Shown here: one piece after another, positions 27,812 to 37,059 of the stretch
How the letters are laid out: every line of letters begins with the position of its first letter
Position numbering within the stretch: position 1 is the stretch's first letter
Origin: a virus
Lineage: Duplodnaviria > Caudoviricetes
Reading direction: 5' to 3' (one strand)
Virus record (IMG/VR): IMGVR_UViG_2919450847_000005
Location: 19,130 to 83,129 of that record
Length of the DNA stretch: 64,000 nt
Program-made: the position numbers and the translations under genes
Notes under the pieces: generated by a model
Told to the model about the DNA's origin: nothing
What the model saw: only the letters and a program-made list of their open reading frames with translations
Databases searched by the model: none

Positions 27812-29005
27812 CTAGTCTTTCTTGCCGGTGATCAACTCGATGAGGTTGGGAGGAATGACGTCCGGTTCGCCACTGCCGGGCGGAGCCCGGAAAAGCGCGT
27901 TCAGTGCGAGCGCGCGCTCTTCCCGGCTCACCTTGACCCCGGGTTCACCCACGAGACCGATGAATGTGTCTGCGATGGCCTTTCTTTGGCGTGCGTCATC
28001 AAGCATAGCTAGGTTCTGCATCATGAACCGGCTGATGATGCGCAGAAGCCACGCGGCGCCAAGAACTGGCGCCGCTATAAGCGCGGTGACCGCCAGTTGG
28101 TTGTTCTGTCCAGCCACATCTATGAGGCCGCGCACGTAATCCCCGCCGAATTCATACAGCAGCAATACCGATCCGACGAGTACAAGAACAAAAAAGAAAA
28201 TATTAGCCGCGAGCCATTTGCTATGTCCGTCTCCCTTGCTTTTCCATAGGGCAACGACGGGGGAAATCGTAGATAGCTCTTTCTGAGCAGATCTCAGAAG
28301 TTCTATCTGCTCTTCAGTCGCCTTTTTTGCCTCGTTCATGTCATGTATCATGCCGGCGGCCTGGTCTTTTATCAATTGCGCCGCTGACTCCGCCGAGCTT
28401 TTATATATTTCGATATCAGTATTGGCGTAATTCAACTCTTTCAATATAGATTCTATTTTTGTTGTTGCCGATTCATTTATTCTGTCGTTAATGGATGAAA
28501 GTAATTTCTCGGTTTCATCGACTGCAGAGTTGATCTTGTCAACGGCAAGTCTGCTGCTTTCTTCGGCAGAGATAATAAGTTTTTCCGCGTTTTTTCTTAT
28601 TGCAGTTTCGTATACTTCTGTTGAACTCGCAATATGTTGAACTCTGTCTTTAATGGTAGAGCCGAGGATGAATTGCCAAGTCGAATCCGATATGGCGACC
28701 CCTTTGTTATTTAGTTGCTCTTTGATCATTATCATGGATTGATACGGGTACAATTTAACGTAGTCCCCGATTTCCTCCCCGGCTGCTTGTCTCAGCCCAA
28801 GCGCTTTTCGAGGCTTAGCAGAGCCTAAGGCGTTTTCAAAAACCCGAGCGGTTTCTGGCCCATAAAGTGATATAAAGTTAGAAAAAACTGCTGCGATAGC
28901 TTTATCTTGTTCGCTTAAGCTTAGTGCTCCGACCGAATTTGCTGTAGCGATTACCTGTAAATTGTGGATAAGCCACTCAGAAAAATCCATACCGGACATC
29001 GTCAT
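27812..29005 (-). CDS. AT-rich moron; coiled-coil protein with C-terminal TM helices (DUF6161-like); start uncertain (29005 or 29125)
   Basis: Low GC, long heptad region, two TM helices, then WLLRIISRFMMQNLAMLDDARQR. Confidence 0.7.
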   Translation of the reverse strand: MTMSGMDFSEWLIHNLQVIATANSVGALSLSEQDKAIAAVFSNFISLYGPETARVFENALGSAKPRKALGLRQAAGEEIGDYVKLYPYQSMIMIKEQLNNKGVAISDSTWQFILGSTIKDRVQHIASSTEVYETAIRKNAEKLIISAEESSRLAVDKINSAVDETEKLLSSINDRINESATTKIESILKELNYANTDIEIYKSSAESAAQLIKDQAAGMIHDMNEAKKATEEQIELLRSAQKELSTISPVVALWKSKGDGHSKWLAANIFFFVLVLVGSVLLLYEFGGDYVRGLIDVAGQNNQLAVTALIAAPVLGAAWLLRIISRFMMQNLAMLDDARQRKAIADTFIGLVGEPGVKVSREERALALNALFRAPPGSGEPDVIPPNLIELITGKKD

Positions 29006-29041
29006 TTTGATTCCCAGGGGCAAATTTGCGGGAGAGTTTCT

Positions 29042-29140
29042 GTGAAGGTCGATCTTTCCGGCCGAATCTGGGTACGTCGTATTCTCTTCGTACTCATCAT
29101 CGTGGTAGTGGTGACGGCATGGCAATGGCTGATCGGGTGA
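29042..29140 (+). CDS. Unannotated 32-aa hydrophobic peptide
   Basis: GGAG at 29031, GTG start; VKVDLSGRIWVRRILFVLIIVVVVTAWQWLIG. Confidence 0.45.
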   Translation: MKVDLSGRIWVRRILFVLIIVVVVTAWQWLIG

Positions 29141-29144
29141 CGAA

Positions 29145-29354
29145 CTACTCCGGCTGTCCGGTCACCGCGATCCGGGCCGCCCGAGCGTAAAACGCCATCT
29201 CGGTATCACCGTCGATCAGCCGGTCGAGCAGCTCCTTCATGTCCCGCTGGTCCGACAAGGACTGGAACGGGCCCGGCTGCCTTTCAATCGCCAGCACGGC
29301 GATCGCCAGTGCCTTCTTCACCAAGTGAAGATCTCGCCCCGTAAACTCGACCAT
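29145..29354 (-). CDS. Small hypothetical protein
   Basis: AGAGGGG RBS; 69-aa ORF. Confidence 0.65.
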   Translation of the reverse strand: MVEFTGRDLHLVKKALAIAVLAIERQPGPFQSLSDQRDMKELLDRLIDGDTEMAFYARAARIAVTGQPE

Positions 29355-29401
29355 CCCGATTCCCCTCTACCCCTCGCGATTATGCGATCACGGAGACCGC
29401 C

Positions 29402-30568
29402 ATGAACGCTCACGCCCGTATTGCGTCTGCCGCTACCTTCGCCTCGCTCGATTATCCGGCATTCAAACTCGCCATGGTCAACGCCTGCAAGGTCATCGAC
29501 CGGCGGAACACCATCCCCGTGCTCGCGATGGTGATGATCAAAGCCACGAAGGGCGGCGCCTCCATCATCGGGACCGACCTCGATCTCTACACCACGACCT
29601 TCGTGCCCGGCACGGTGACGTCCGACTTCACGGTGCTGGTCGATGCCCACCGGCTGAAGGCGACGCTGGACAAGGTCAAGGATGCTGCAACCATCAATTT
29701 CGCCATCGATGACGCCGCGCTCGTCACGTCGATCGGCAAGCTGAACCTGTCCCTGCACCGCGGCCTGGACGCCAGCGAGTTCCCGCTCGAAGCGGCCTTC
29801 CGCACGGCGTTGGGCACTTCGAACTGCTCCTTCGTGCTGCCGGCCGCGACCATCGCCGCTGTCCTCGACAAGGTCTCCTTCGCCGTCTCGACGGAGGAGA
29901 CCCGCTACTACCTCAACGGCATCTACATGCACGTCGACGAGCACGAGCAGAAGCTCTGCTTCGTCGCCACCGACGGGCACCGCGCCGCGCTCTACAAGGT
30001 CGATGTGCCCGCCGGCGCCGGCGCGCTCCCGGACGCCGGCATTATCATCCCGCGCAAGACAGTCGCCGAGCTGCATCGGATGGTCAGCCGCAATGGGCGA
30101 GCCCAGGATGCCATGGTGACGGCTGCTGAGAAAGGCGTGTCCTTTCTGGTGGGCGAAGACGAGCTACTCGAGTCGAAGGCGATCGACGGCACCTTCCCCG
30201 ACTACGGCCGCGTGATCCCAACCAGCAACCGGCACCGTGTCGGCATCCCCTCGGCCCCCCTGATCGATGCCATCAGGCAGGCGAGCTCAATCATGTCGGA
30301 GAAGAGCCGGCGCACCAGCCTTTCGTTCTCGCCGGGCCGCCTGGTTGTCAGCTGCTCTTCTCCCGAGTTTGGCACCGCCTCAACGGAAGTGCGCATCACC
30401 AGCGACTTCGAACTCTCCATCGGCTTCAACGCCGGGTACCTCATGCAGCTGCTCGGCCAGCTGGATGGCGGCGCCATGCTGGAAATCGACGACCCGTCCG
30501 GCCCGGCGGTGATCAAGGATGGCGCAGATCCAGCCATCACCTATGCGCAGATGCCGATGCGCATCTGA
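29402..30568 (+). CDS. dnaN: DNA polymerase III beta sliding clamp homolog (phage-borne)
   Basis: RRNTIPVLA, FAVSTEETRYYLNG, VATDGHR, IIPRK, DGTFPDY, GFNAGYL, MPMR. Confidence 0.92.
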   Translation: MNAHARIASAATFASLDYPAFKLAMVNACKVIDRRNTIPVLAMVMIKATKGGASIIGTDLDLYTTTFVPGTVTSDFTVLVDAHRLKATLDKVKDAATINFAIDDAALVTSIGKLNLSLHRGLDASEFPLEAAFRTALGTSNCSFVLPAATIAAVLDKVSFAVSTEETRYYLNGIYMHVDEHEQKLCFVATDGHRAALYKVDVPAGAGALPDAGIIIPRKTVAELHRMVSRNGRAQDAMVTAAEKGVSFLVGEDELLESKAIDGTFPDYGRVIPTSNRHRVGIPSAPLIDAIRQASSIMSEKSRRTSLSFSPGRLVVSCSSPEFGTASTEVRITSDFELSIGFNAGYLMQLLGQLDGGAMLEIDDPSGPAVIKDGADPAITYAQMPMRI

Positions 30569-30632
30569 CAACCTGCCGGGAGGCGGATAGCCGCCTCCCA
30601 CCCCCGCCGATCATGGCATTCAGGAGATACCC

Positions 30633-32192
30633 GTGACTGCACTCCTCCCCACCAACACCGTCGAGCAGATCTGCGCCTTTCGCGACGAAGCCATCCGCCG
30701 CTACGACGCGGCCTTCGACGTCATCCAGGCCGCCGGCGACGCCGTGAAGGAAGCCGGGATCCTTTGGGAGAAGGCCTCGCCCGGGCGGCATGCCCACTGG
30801 TCCGATCAGGCGGAGGAAGTGAAGGCCTTCTTCCATGCCGTGCGTGTACCCGATCGCGAGCAGTTCCGGCGCACGGCGCGTCGGCTCATCGACGTCACCG
30901 TGTGGACGCACATTATTGAGCTCTCCGGCATCGAGGCGCTGATGGACGCGCAGGCGAAGCAGGAGCTGCGCGACCAGATGCGCTATGTCCCCGAGCGCAC
31001 CGACAGGGAAGGCCAGTTGATCAATCAGGACGAGATCGCTCGCATGCTGCCGGAGGTCACGCCCGAGAACGTCTACGCCACGCTCGAGCACTTCCAGAGC
31101 CAGGCCGAGATCATCTTCCGCCGCGGAATCGTCAACGTGTTCTCGAAGCTGGACCGGCGTTTCCGCTCGCACGACGGGTTCAAGGTCGGGTCCCGGCTGA
31201 TTCTGAACTACCTCGTGAGCAGCGACACCGGGCACTTTTCCAACTATGGCGACCGCGCCGACATGCTGGCGGACGTCGAGCGAACCTTCCTCGTGCTGGA
31301 CGGCAGGCCGGCGCGTGCACGGTATGCCGGCATCGGCGAGCAGATTTCGGCAGAAAGGCGCTTCAACGCCTTCAAGCCGCACCAGTCCGAGCACCAAGGC
31401 GACTACTTCAAGGTGAGGATCTTCAAGAACGGGAACGCCCACCTGTGGTTCGCCCGGGATGATCTCGTCGAGAAGGTGAACCGCATCCTCGCCGACCACT
31501 ATGGCGAGGTGCTGGGCGACGGCCAGACGCAGGAAGCCGACCCGCTGCAGGAGAAGAAGCTGACGCCGGCGCGCCGCTTCGGCTTCTTCCCCAGCCCTGA
31601 CGAGGTGGCCGAGCGCGTCGTGCGCAATGCCTATGTCCTCCGTCCCGCCAACCAGGAGCGGCTGCGCATCCTCGAGCCGTCGGCCGGCACCGGCAACCTT
31701 GCCCGGCGTTGCGTCAAGCGGTTCGATCCCAAGGACTGGGGCCATTACGCCGAGCGCTATCGCGATGAGTATCGCTGGGACAACCTGGTCGACTGTGTCG
31801 AGATCCAGCCTGAGCTGGCCAACCAGCTGACCGCCGAGGGCATCTACAATCGGGTCACCTGCGCCGACTTTCTCGCGATCCGCCCCAACGAGCACCGGCT
31901 ATATGACCGGGTGGTGATGAACCCGCCGTTCGATCGCGAGCGGGACATCGACCACGTCATGCACGCCCTCGACTTCCTGAAGCCGGACGGCTGCCTGATC
32001 GCCGTCATGTCGGCCGGCACCGAGTTCCGGGAGACCCGCAAGTCCATCGCGTTCCGCGCGCTGATGGAGAAGATGAAGGCGGTTTGGGATGACCTTCCGG
32101 CTGGCTCCTTTGCGGAGGCCGGAACCTACGTTAACACCATGATCCTTCGAGTCTGGAAGGATGGGCGACATCAGTACGGGCTCGATCGATGA
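30633..32192 (+). CDS. DUF4942-like domain plus N6-adenine-type DNA methyltransferase
   Basis: YFKVRIFKNGNAHL; ILEPSAGTG; VMNPPF. Confidence 0.85.
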   Translation: MTALLPTNTVEQICAFRDEAIRRYDAAFDVIQAAGDAVKEAGILWEKASPGRHAHWSDQAEEVKAFFHAVRVPDREQFRRTARRLIDVTVWTHIIELSGIEALMDAQAKQELRDQMRYVPERTDREGQLINQDEIARMLPEVTPENVYATLEHFQSQAEIIFRRGIVNVFSKLDRRFRSHDGFKVGSRLILNYLVSSDTGHFSNYGDRADMLADVERTFLVLDGRPARARYAGIGEQISAERRFNAFKPHQSEHQGDYFKVRIFKNGNAHLWFARDDLVEKVNRILADHYGEVLGDGQTQEADPLQEKKLTPARRFGFFPSPDEVAERVVRNAYVLRPANQERLRILEPSAGTGNLARRCVKRFDPKDWGHYAERYRDEYRWDNLVDCVEIQPELANQLTAEGIYNRVTCADFLAIRPNEHRLYDRVVMNPPFDRERDIDHVMHALDFLKPDGCLIAVMSAGTEFRETRKSIAFRALMEKMKAVWDDLPAGSFAEAGTYVNTMILRVWKDGRHQYGLDR

Positions 32193-32221
32193 TCGAGCTT
32201 GCCGCATTGGAAGGAAGCAGC

Positions 32222-32665
32222 ATGAGCAACAAGCCGGCGTCCAGGCTGATCGCGAAGGCCTTGCCTCGCGGGTCACAGTTCGCGGCGCAGTTTGCCCTGC
32301 CCGGGCTGGTTCCCGATCTGGTGCGCGACCGGGCTGGAGTGTGCCTCTACGACGATGAGCGAGCAGCTGAGATTGCAGCCAAGGAGGCGGTGCTGCGCCT
32401 CTATGACAGCCGCACCCGCGATACTCGGAAGGCCGGCGGGTATCAGCGGCTCACCGGCGCCGAGCTCGCCGATCTGATCGAGAAGATGGACACCACGGTG
32501 ACCTACTTCTCTGAGCTTGCCGGTTTCCCCCAGAGTCGGGTCATGGGGTGGATCGATGGAGAGCAGGACATACCGCACAGTGTGCATGTCCTGGCGAGGC
32601 TCTTGGCGGCGAGCGACGAGAACTTCGAGCTCGCCGAGCGCATCACCGAGCAGGCGCAGCGGTAG
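32222..32665 (+). CDS. Hypothetical protein with C-terminal HTH
   Basis: TVTYFSELAGFPQSRVMGWIDGEQDIP. Confidence 0.65.
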   Translation: MSNKPASRLIAKALPRGSQFAAQFALPGLVPDLVRDRAGVCLYDDERAAEIAAKEAVLRLYDSRTRDTRKAGGYQRLTGAELADLIEKMDTTVTYFSELAGFPQSRVMGWIDGEQDIPHSVHVLARLLAASDENFELAERITEQAQR

Positions 32666-33398
32666 AGCGCTGCCACCTGCGAACCGACGGCGGCATGACC
32701 GGTGCGCCATCGGGCCACCGGCGCTTGAAGCCGGCTCGGTTAAGGTTGCCCAGTTCAACCGCCACGACATCCAGACCAAAGCACAGCGCCGAAATCGTCC
32801 GGTCCCGCCGCCCATCTCCATTGTCGTGCTCAGCACGCAGGTCGAACCATTGGTCTCGGACGACGGCCGCCTCGAACATGGGATAAAGCCAGGGCTTCGG
32901 CATTGCTGCTCGGATCCGCTCGATGTGCTTGATGCAGTCCAGCTGATAGCCGGACAGATCCGAGGAGGCGCCGCCGCCGTCCACGCGCTCGAGCGAGAAC
33001 GACTTGTAGCCGCGCCCGCCCGCGCTTGAGTGGAGATCCCTGAAGCGCACCGCCGAGTAGAAGCGGACGCCCGCCATCCCCTCGTCGTCGAGAGGCGTCT
33101 CGAGCTCACCCCGGTACACCAGAAGCTCTATCGGGCTGGCGTCCACGTTGAGGATGCCGACCGCGTCGCCCCAGTCGAGGAGCATGTGGTGCTGGCGCAC
33201 AGGGGTGTCGGCGGGCAGGCGCGCATCGTCCATCGCCATGACGCGCTCGATTGCGTCATACATCTTTCGGCGCATCGCCTCACTTTCCGGCTCGCGCCCG
33301 TAGAAGGCGACGAGCGGCAAGACGCCCCGCTTCATGGGCGCCGACGCGCCGGCCTTCACCCGCTTCAGGCGATCGAGAATCCCCTGTCCAGTCGCCAT
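32643..33398 (-). CDS. Putative late-gene regulator (DUF6456-like)
   Basis: End of replication operon; ERVDGGG motif; resemblance only. Confidence 0.5.
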   Translation of the reverse strand: MATGQGILDRLKRVKAGASAPMKRGVLPLVAFYGREPESEAMRRKMYDAIERVMAMDDARLPADTPVRQHHMLLDWGDAVGILNVDASPIELLVYRGELETPLDDEGMAGVRFYSAVRFRDLHSSAGGRGYKSFSLERVDGGGASSDLSGYQLDCIKHIERIRAAMPKPWLYPMFEAAVVRDQWFDLRAEHDNGDGRRDRTISALCFGLDVVAVELGNLNRAGFKRRWPDGAPVMPPSVRRWQRSTAAPAR

Positions 33399-33399
33399 C

Positions 33400-33723
33400 T
33401 CAGCTGCTCCCCTTCCTTCGCTGTGCCCGCCGAAGCGGGATGATCTTCATGGGCACCCGGTCCAGGATCCCGCCGTCCACCGTTTTTCCGTCCTCGCCGA
33501 GCCTGACGGCCAGCAACTCGTTAATCGCGGCTTGCCGCTCCGCGTCCGTCATTTCCGACCGCTTGGCGTAAGGCGATCGGTCTACGATGCCGGCGACCTG
33601 CTTGCGCCGCTTCAGCAGCACCGCGGCGATGGAGCTCTGCGACATGCCGATCAGCCAGAGCACCCACGCGACGTATGCAGTCCGGTCAGTGTGCTGCGTT
33701 GTGCGCTTTCCGGCCGAACCCAT
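33400..33723 (-). CDS. Hypothetical HTH-like protein
   Basis: GMSQSSIAAVL; purine-rich RBS. Confidence 0.6.
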   Translation of the reverse strand: MGSAGKRTTQHTDRTAYVAWVLWLIGMSQSSIAAVLLKRRKQVAGIVDRSPYAKRSEMTDAERQAAINELLAVRLGEDGKTVDGGILDRVPMKIIPLRRAQRRKGSS

Positions 33724-33997
33724 GCTTCCCCCGTCGCCTCTTCCGCCGGACCTCCGGCTTGAAAAACTGGTCTGCCGCTGCCTCGGCCTGGGCAATCTCG
33801 CCATCCCGGACCAGATTGCCGTTGATGTATTGGATGAGGTGCTTCATCGCCTCGCGGGTGGCTTCTAGCTCTGTGGCGAACACCGCCGGCTTACCTCCCT
33901 TGGAGAGGATAGGCTTTGCCGCGGCGTCGCGGACGGTACGAAGGAAGGCGATGAAGCCGCCGGGCACAGGTTTCGCGAAGGCATTACACTCGTTCAT
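33686..33997 (-). CDS. Hypothetical protein
   Basis: GAGG RBS; MNECNAFAKPVPGG. Confidence 0.6.
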   Translation of the reverse strand: MNECNAFAKPVPGGFIAFLRTVRDAAAKPILSKGGKPAVFATELEATREAMKHLIQYINGNLVRDGEIAQAEAAADQFFKPEVRRKRRRGKHGFGRKAHNAAH

Positions 33998-34005
33998 TGG
34001 GCGCC

Positions 34006-35400
34006 TCACAGCGTGATCGCGTCGTCGAAAAGGGCGGTCTGGGAAGCCTGATCCCGGAAGACGGTGCTCGCGCCGTCCCACTCGAAGATCCGACGATCAC
34101 GTGGGGGGCCGAACCTATCCTTCAGCTTGTAGACTTCGATCTTCCCGGCGGTGCTGTTCTTGTTGCTCAACCATTCCTCATAGGCCTTGCCCTGCTTCGT
34201 GACCGGCGGGTTGCGGTTGTGCCAGTCGTTGCGGTTGAAGTTTGCGAGCATCAGGTCGGCGTGCTCCTCCAGTGAGCCACCGTAGAAGTCCTCCATCTCG
34301 GGCTCGGGGTGCTCCTTCTGCCGCGCAGCTTTGGTGAACTGGCAGAGGCCGATCACCACGCAGCCGAGGTCCTTTGCCAGCGCCTTGAGATCGCGCGCGT
34401 TCTCATAGGCGCGCTCCACCGGGTCCATGCGGTTCTTGGTTTGGCGCTCGACTAGCTTGATGTGGTCGACGGCGAGGAGATCCAGGCCGTATTTGCGCTT
34501 ATGCGCGTAGGCGCGGCTGCGGATCTGCTGGATGGTCATCTTCGCCGGGTGGACGATGGTCATCTTGAGGCTGGCGAAGTCCGCCTTCGCCTTCATCAGC
34601 GCCTTGTACTGAGCCTCGGTCAGGCCGTTTGCCATATTGCGGAGCGACACGCCGGTCTGGCCAGACGTCGAACGGGTCACGAGAGATTCCGAGTCCATCT
34701 CCAATTCGAAAAGAGATGTCGGGTGGACCGTGCTGGAGAACAGCATTTGCTGCATGGCGATGGCGGTCTTGCCGCTGCCGGGCGCTCCGCCCCAGAGGAC
34801 GAGAGAGCCGGGCCGGAAGGTGCCGACCATTTCCTCCAGCCCGATCAGGCAGGGGCGCAGCACCACACCGCTGCCCTTCGTCGAGTAGGATTCCGCGATC
34901 TTGGCGAACACGCCCGACACCGTGGATTCTTGCTCGATCGCCGCCGAGCGCGAGATATCGGAAAGGCGCTCCGACGCCCGGTCCGCTATCTGGTCCGGGT
35001 CATATTTCACATCCTGCGCGGCCTTGACGATGCTCTCACCGAGGGCAATGAGCTTCCGCCGTGTCGCCGACGAGCGCAGTTCAAGCGCATAGTCGCTCAG
35101 CGGGATGGAATCCTCTCGAGACGCCACGTGCAGGAGCATCGAGGTATAAGCCTCGGCATCCTTACCGTCGCTCAGACCTCCAATCCGCCCGGCAACGATG
35201 GGGACCCGGATTGCCTTTCCGTCAGAGGCAAGCTCGTAGATGATCGCGTATATTTTCTGGTGGTCCTCCGATCCGAACATGTCGATAGAGAGGATGTCGT
35301 GGACAGCCCAGTAATTTTCCTCGTTCATAAGGATGGCGCCGAGGACGATTTGCTCGATCTTGACGTTAGAAATATTGGACGAAGCGCTGTTGCCGCTCAT
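34006..35400 (-). CDS. dnaB: DnaB-like replicative helicase
   Basis: EQIVLGAIL; GGAPGSGKT; ELEM; VDHIKL; LKALAKDL; LEEHAD; KDRFGP. Confidence 0.9.
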   Translation of the reverse strand: MSGNSASSNISNVKIEQIVLGAILMNEENYWAVHDILSIDMFGSEDHQKIYAIIYELASDGKAIRVPIVAGRIGGLSDGKDAEAYTSMLLHVASREDSIPLSDYALELRSSATRRKLIALGESIVKAAQDVKYDPDQIADRASERLSDISRSAAIEQESTVSGVFAKIAESYSTKGSGVVLRPCLIGLEEMVGTFRPGSLVLWGGAPGSGKTAIAMQQMLFSSTVHPTSLFELEMDSESLVTRSTSGQTGVSLRNMANGLTEAQYKALMKAKADFASLKMTIVHPAKMTIQQIRSRAYAHKRKYGLDLLAVDHIKLVERQTKNRMDPVERAYENARDLKALAKDLGCVVIGLCQFTKAARQKEHPEPEMEDFYGGSLEEHADLMLANFNRNDWHNRNPPVTKQGKAYEEWLSNKNSTAGKIEVYKLKDRFGPPRDRRIFEWDGASTVFRDQASQTALFDDAITL

Positions 35401-36472
35401 CTTTCTTCCTCTGAACCCAGCAATCCAGCCAGTCGTCAGGCTCAGGCGACGGATAGACAGCCGCCTCGATGCCCTCGTTGATGGCTCGCTCCTGCAGGAT
35501 CTTTGCTGCCTTGATACCCGGCGGATCGGAGAGGCCGCCGGTCTGAATGTTCTCGCGGTAGCGGTCCGCGTCCGCGTAAATCTCGATCCGGCGCACGCCG
35601 GCGGGGATCTGAAAGTTGACCATCCCAGAGGTCGACAGGGTCGCCCACACCGGCACCCTGCAACAGGTGAGCAGCATGACTCCGAGACCGGTCTCGATGC
35701 CCTCCGTGAGCCGAAGTACAGGCCCTTGCGGAGCCAGCCTAACGGCACCGCCGGCCGCCGGCCCGAGGCCTAGCTTGATCTTCTTCCCGTCGCCGTCGAG
35801 GAGGGGGCGACCGTCCGGCCCGATGAATATGCGCCAGATAGCGATAAGCTTCCGATTGGCTGCTTGGACGCCGCCGATCAGAGCAGGGTGCCGTTCCCGG
35901 CCGAGCATGACAGCGGGATGGTAGCGAAGGCTCGGCATCCAGCCGGTGCCTTGCGGGAAGTCAGTCAGCTCGATCGAGCGGGTGCGCAAATATTCCTCGG
36001 CCGGCGTGCCAGCTATCGGCACCGCTTCGTGCCAGACAGCGCTCGCCGTCTCCGCCTTCCGCTGCCTATCCCGCTCGTCGGCACGCCGACGCTTCTCCGC
36101 CTGCCGCTTGGATGCATCCTGCTGCCGCGCCCATTCCCGCTTCTCTTCGGCCGTGAGCTCGCGACGCCCTTCCAGACCGAGGAAGCGGGTCTTTGCAATC
36201 TGCACTGCATCGCCGTGGGTCTTGCAGTTGAAGGCGAGTTCGATCAGCGTGATCAGGTTGCCGCCGCCCTTGGCATTGGCGACGTGCTGCCCCTGCCAGT
36301 ATCCCACAGTGCCCGCCCGGCCGCCGCGGATATGGACGGACACCTTGCCGTGCAGGTCGCCGCGCCAGTAAACGCCCTCGCGCTTTCCATTCGGGATGCA
36401 CTGCTCGGCAATCGCTTCCGCCATGTCGTTCAGGCGGTTGACGATCTCTTGATACGTGAGGTCACTCGACAT
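35366..36472 (-). CDS. Phage primase (Toprim domain)
   Basis: LTEGIETGL, VWATLS, EIYADAD, DDWLD. Confidence 0.85.
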   Translation of the reverse strand: MSSDLTYQEIVNRLNDMAEAIAEQCIPNGKREGVYWRGDLHGKVSVHIRGGRAGTVGYWQGQHVANAKGGGNLITLIELAFNCKTHGDAVQIAKTRFLGLEGRRELTAEEKREWARQQDASKRQAEKRRRADERDRQRKAETASAVWHEAVPIAGTPAEEYLRTRSIELTDFPQGTGWMPSLRYHPAVMLGRERHPALIGGVQAANRKLIAIWRIFIGPDGRPLLDGDGKKIKLGLGPAAGGAVRLAPQGPVLRLTEGIETGLGVMLLTCCRVPVWATLSTSGMVNFQIPAGVRRIEIYADADRYRENIQTGGLSDPPGIKAAKILQERAINEGIEAAVYPSPEPDDWLDCWVQRKKDERQQRFVQYF

Positions 36473-37059
36473 CAGAGGAGCGTCTGCTGCTGGACGTAGG
36501 ACTTGCCCCTGTCGAAGGCGAGCCCGGGCTCGTGCTCGATCCGCAGTGCGTGAAGCATGCACAGCGCCTCGGCCTCGTCTTCGGTGTTGTAGGACCACCC
36601 CTCCCGGTCGCAGTAAATTATGGCCTGCTGCTTGAGCCATTTGCTGCGTTGAGCCTGCGGCGCCTTCTCCAGATCCTTTGGCACGCGAGTCTTCCCGTGC
36701 GTGCGGGAGCGCCAGGTCGCGATCGCTATGGTCTCGGCGGGCCGCAGCCTCATCTGGAAGCAGACGGCCTTGGCAATCGCCTGCCAGCCGGCGGAGAACG
36801 CAATCTGCTCGGGGTCGATAACTTGGTTCGGGCCGTGCGCGACGATGGTCATCAGCTCCATCGTAAGCTGGGGATCCGGCAGGCCCGACAGCAGCCGCCT
36901 CAGGTACGCTGCAAATTCCGCATACGCCTCGCCATGGTCTTCCTGCTTAAAGCGCCATGTCCCGTGCCGGAGGCCTGCACCTCCGGCAAGGCAATAAGCA
37001 AACCCTGCGGTTCGGCCGGGATCGAGGACAAAGTAGGAGCCGGGCGCGCCATTTCGCAT
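36472..37059 (-). CDS. RuvC-like/RNase H-fold resolvase
   Basis: VLDPGRTAGFA...DEAEALC. Confidence 0.65.
   Translation of the reverse strand: MRNGAPGSYFVLDPGRTAGFAYCLAGGAGLRHGTWRFKQEDHGEAYAEFAAYLRRLLSGLPDPQLTMELMTIVAHGPNQVIDPEQIAFSAGWQAIAKAVCFQMRLRPAETIAIATWRSRTHGKTRVPKDLEKAPQAQRSKWLKQQAIIYCDREGWSYNTEDEAEALCMLHALRIEHEPGLAFDRGKSYVQQQTLL

Larger units (their letters stand above)
14074..30628 (+). repeat. Dispersed leader motif CCCC-N(5-8)-ATG(G)C-N-GGAGAC, about 10 copies
   Basis: Copies start near 14074, 14767, 15696, 16278, 19098, 20371 (divergent), 20847, 26023, 29370, 30601; each lies upstream of a start codon. Confidence 0.8.
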
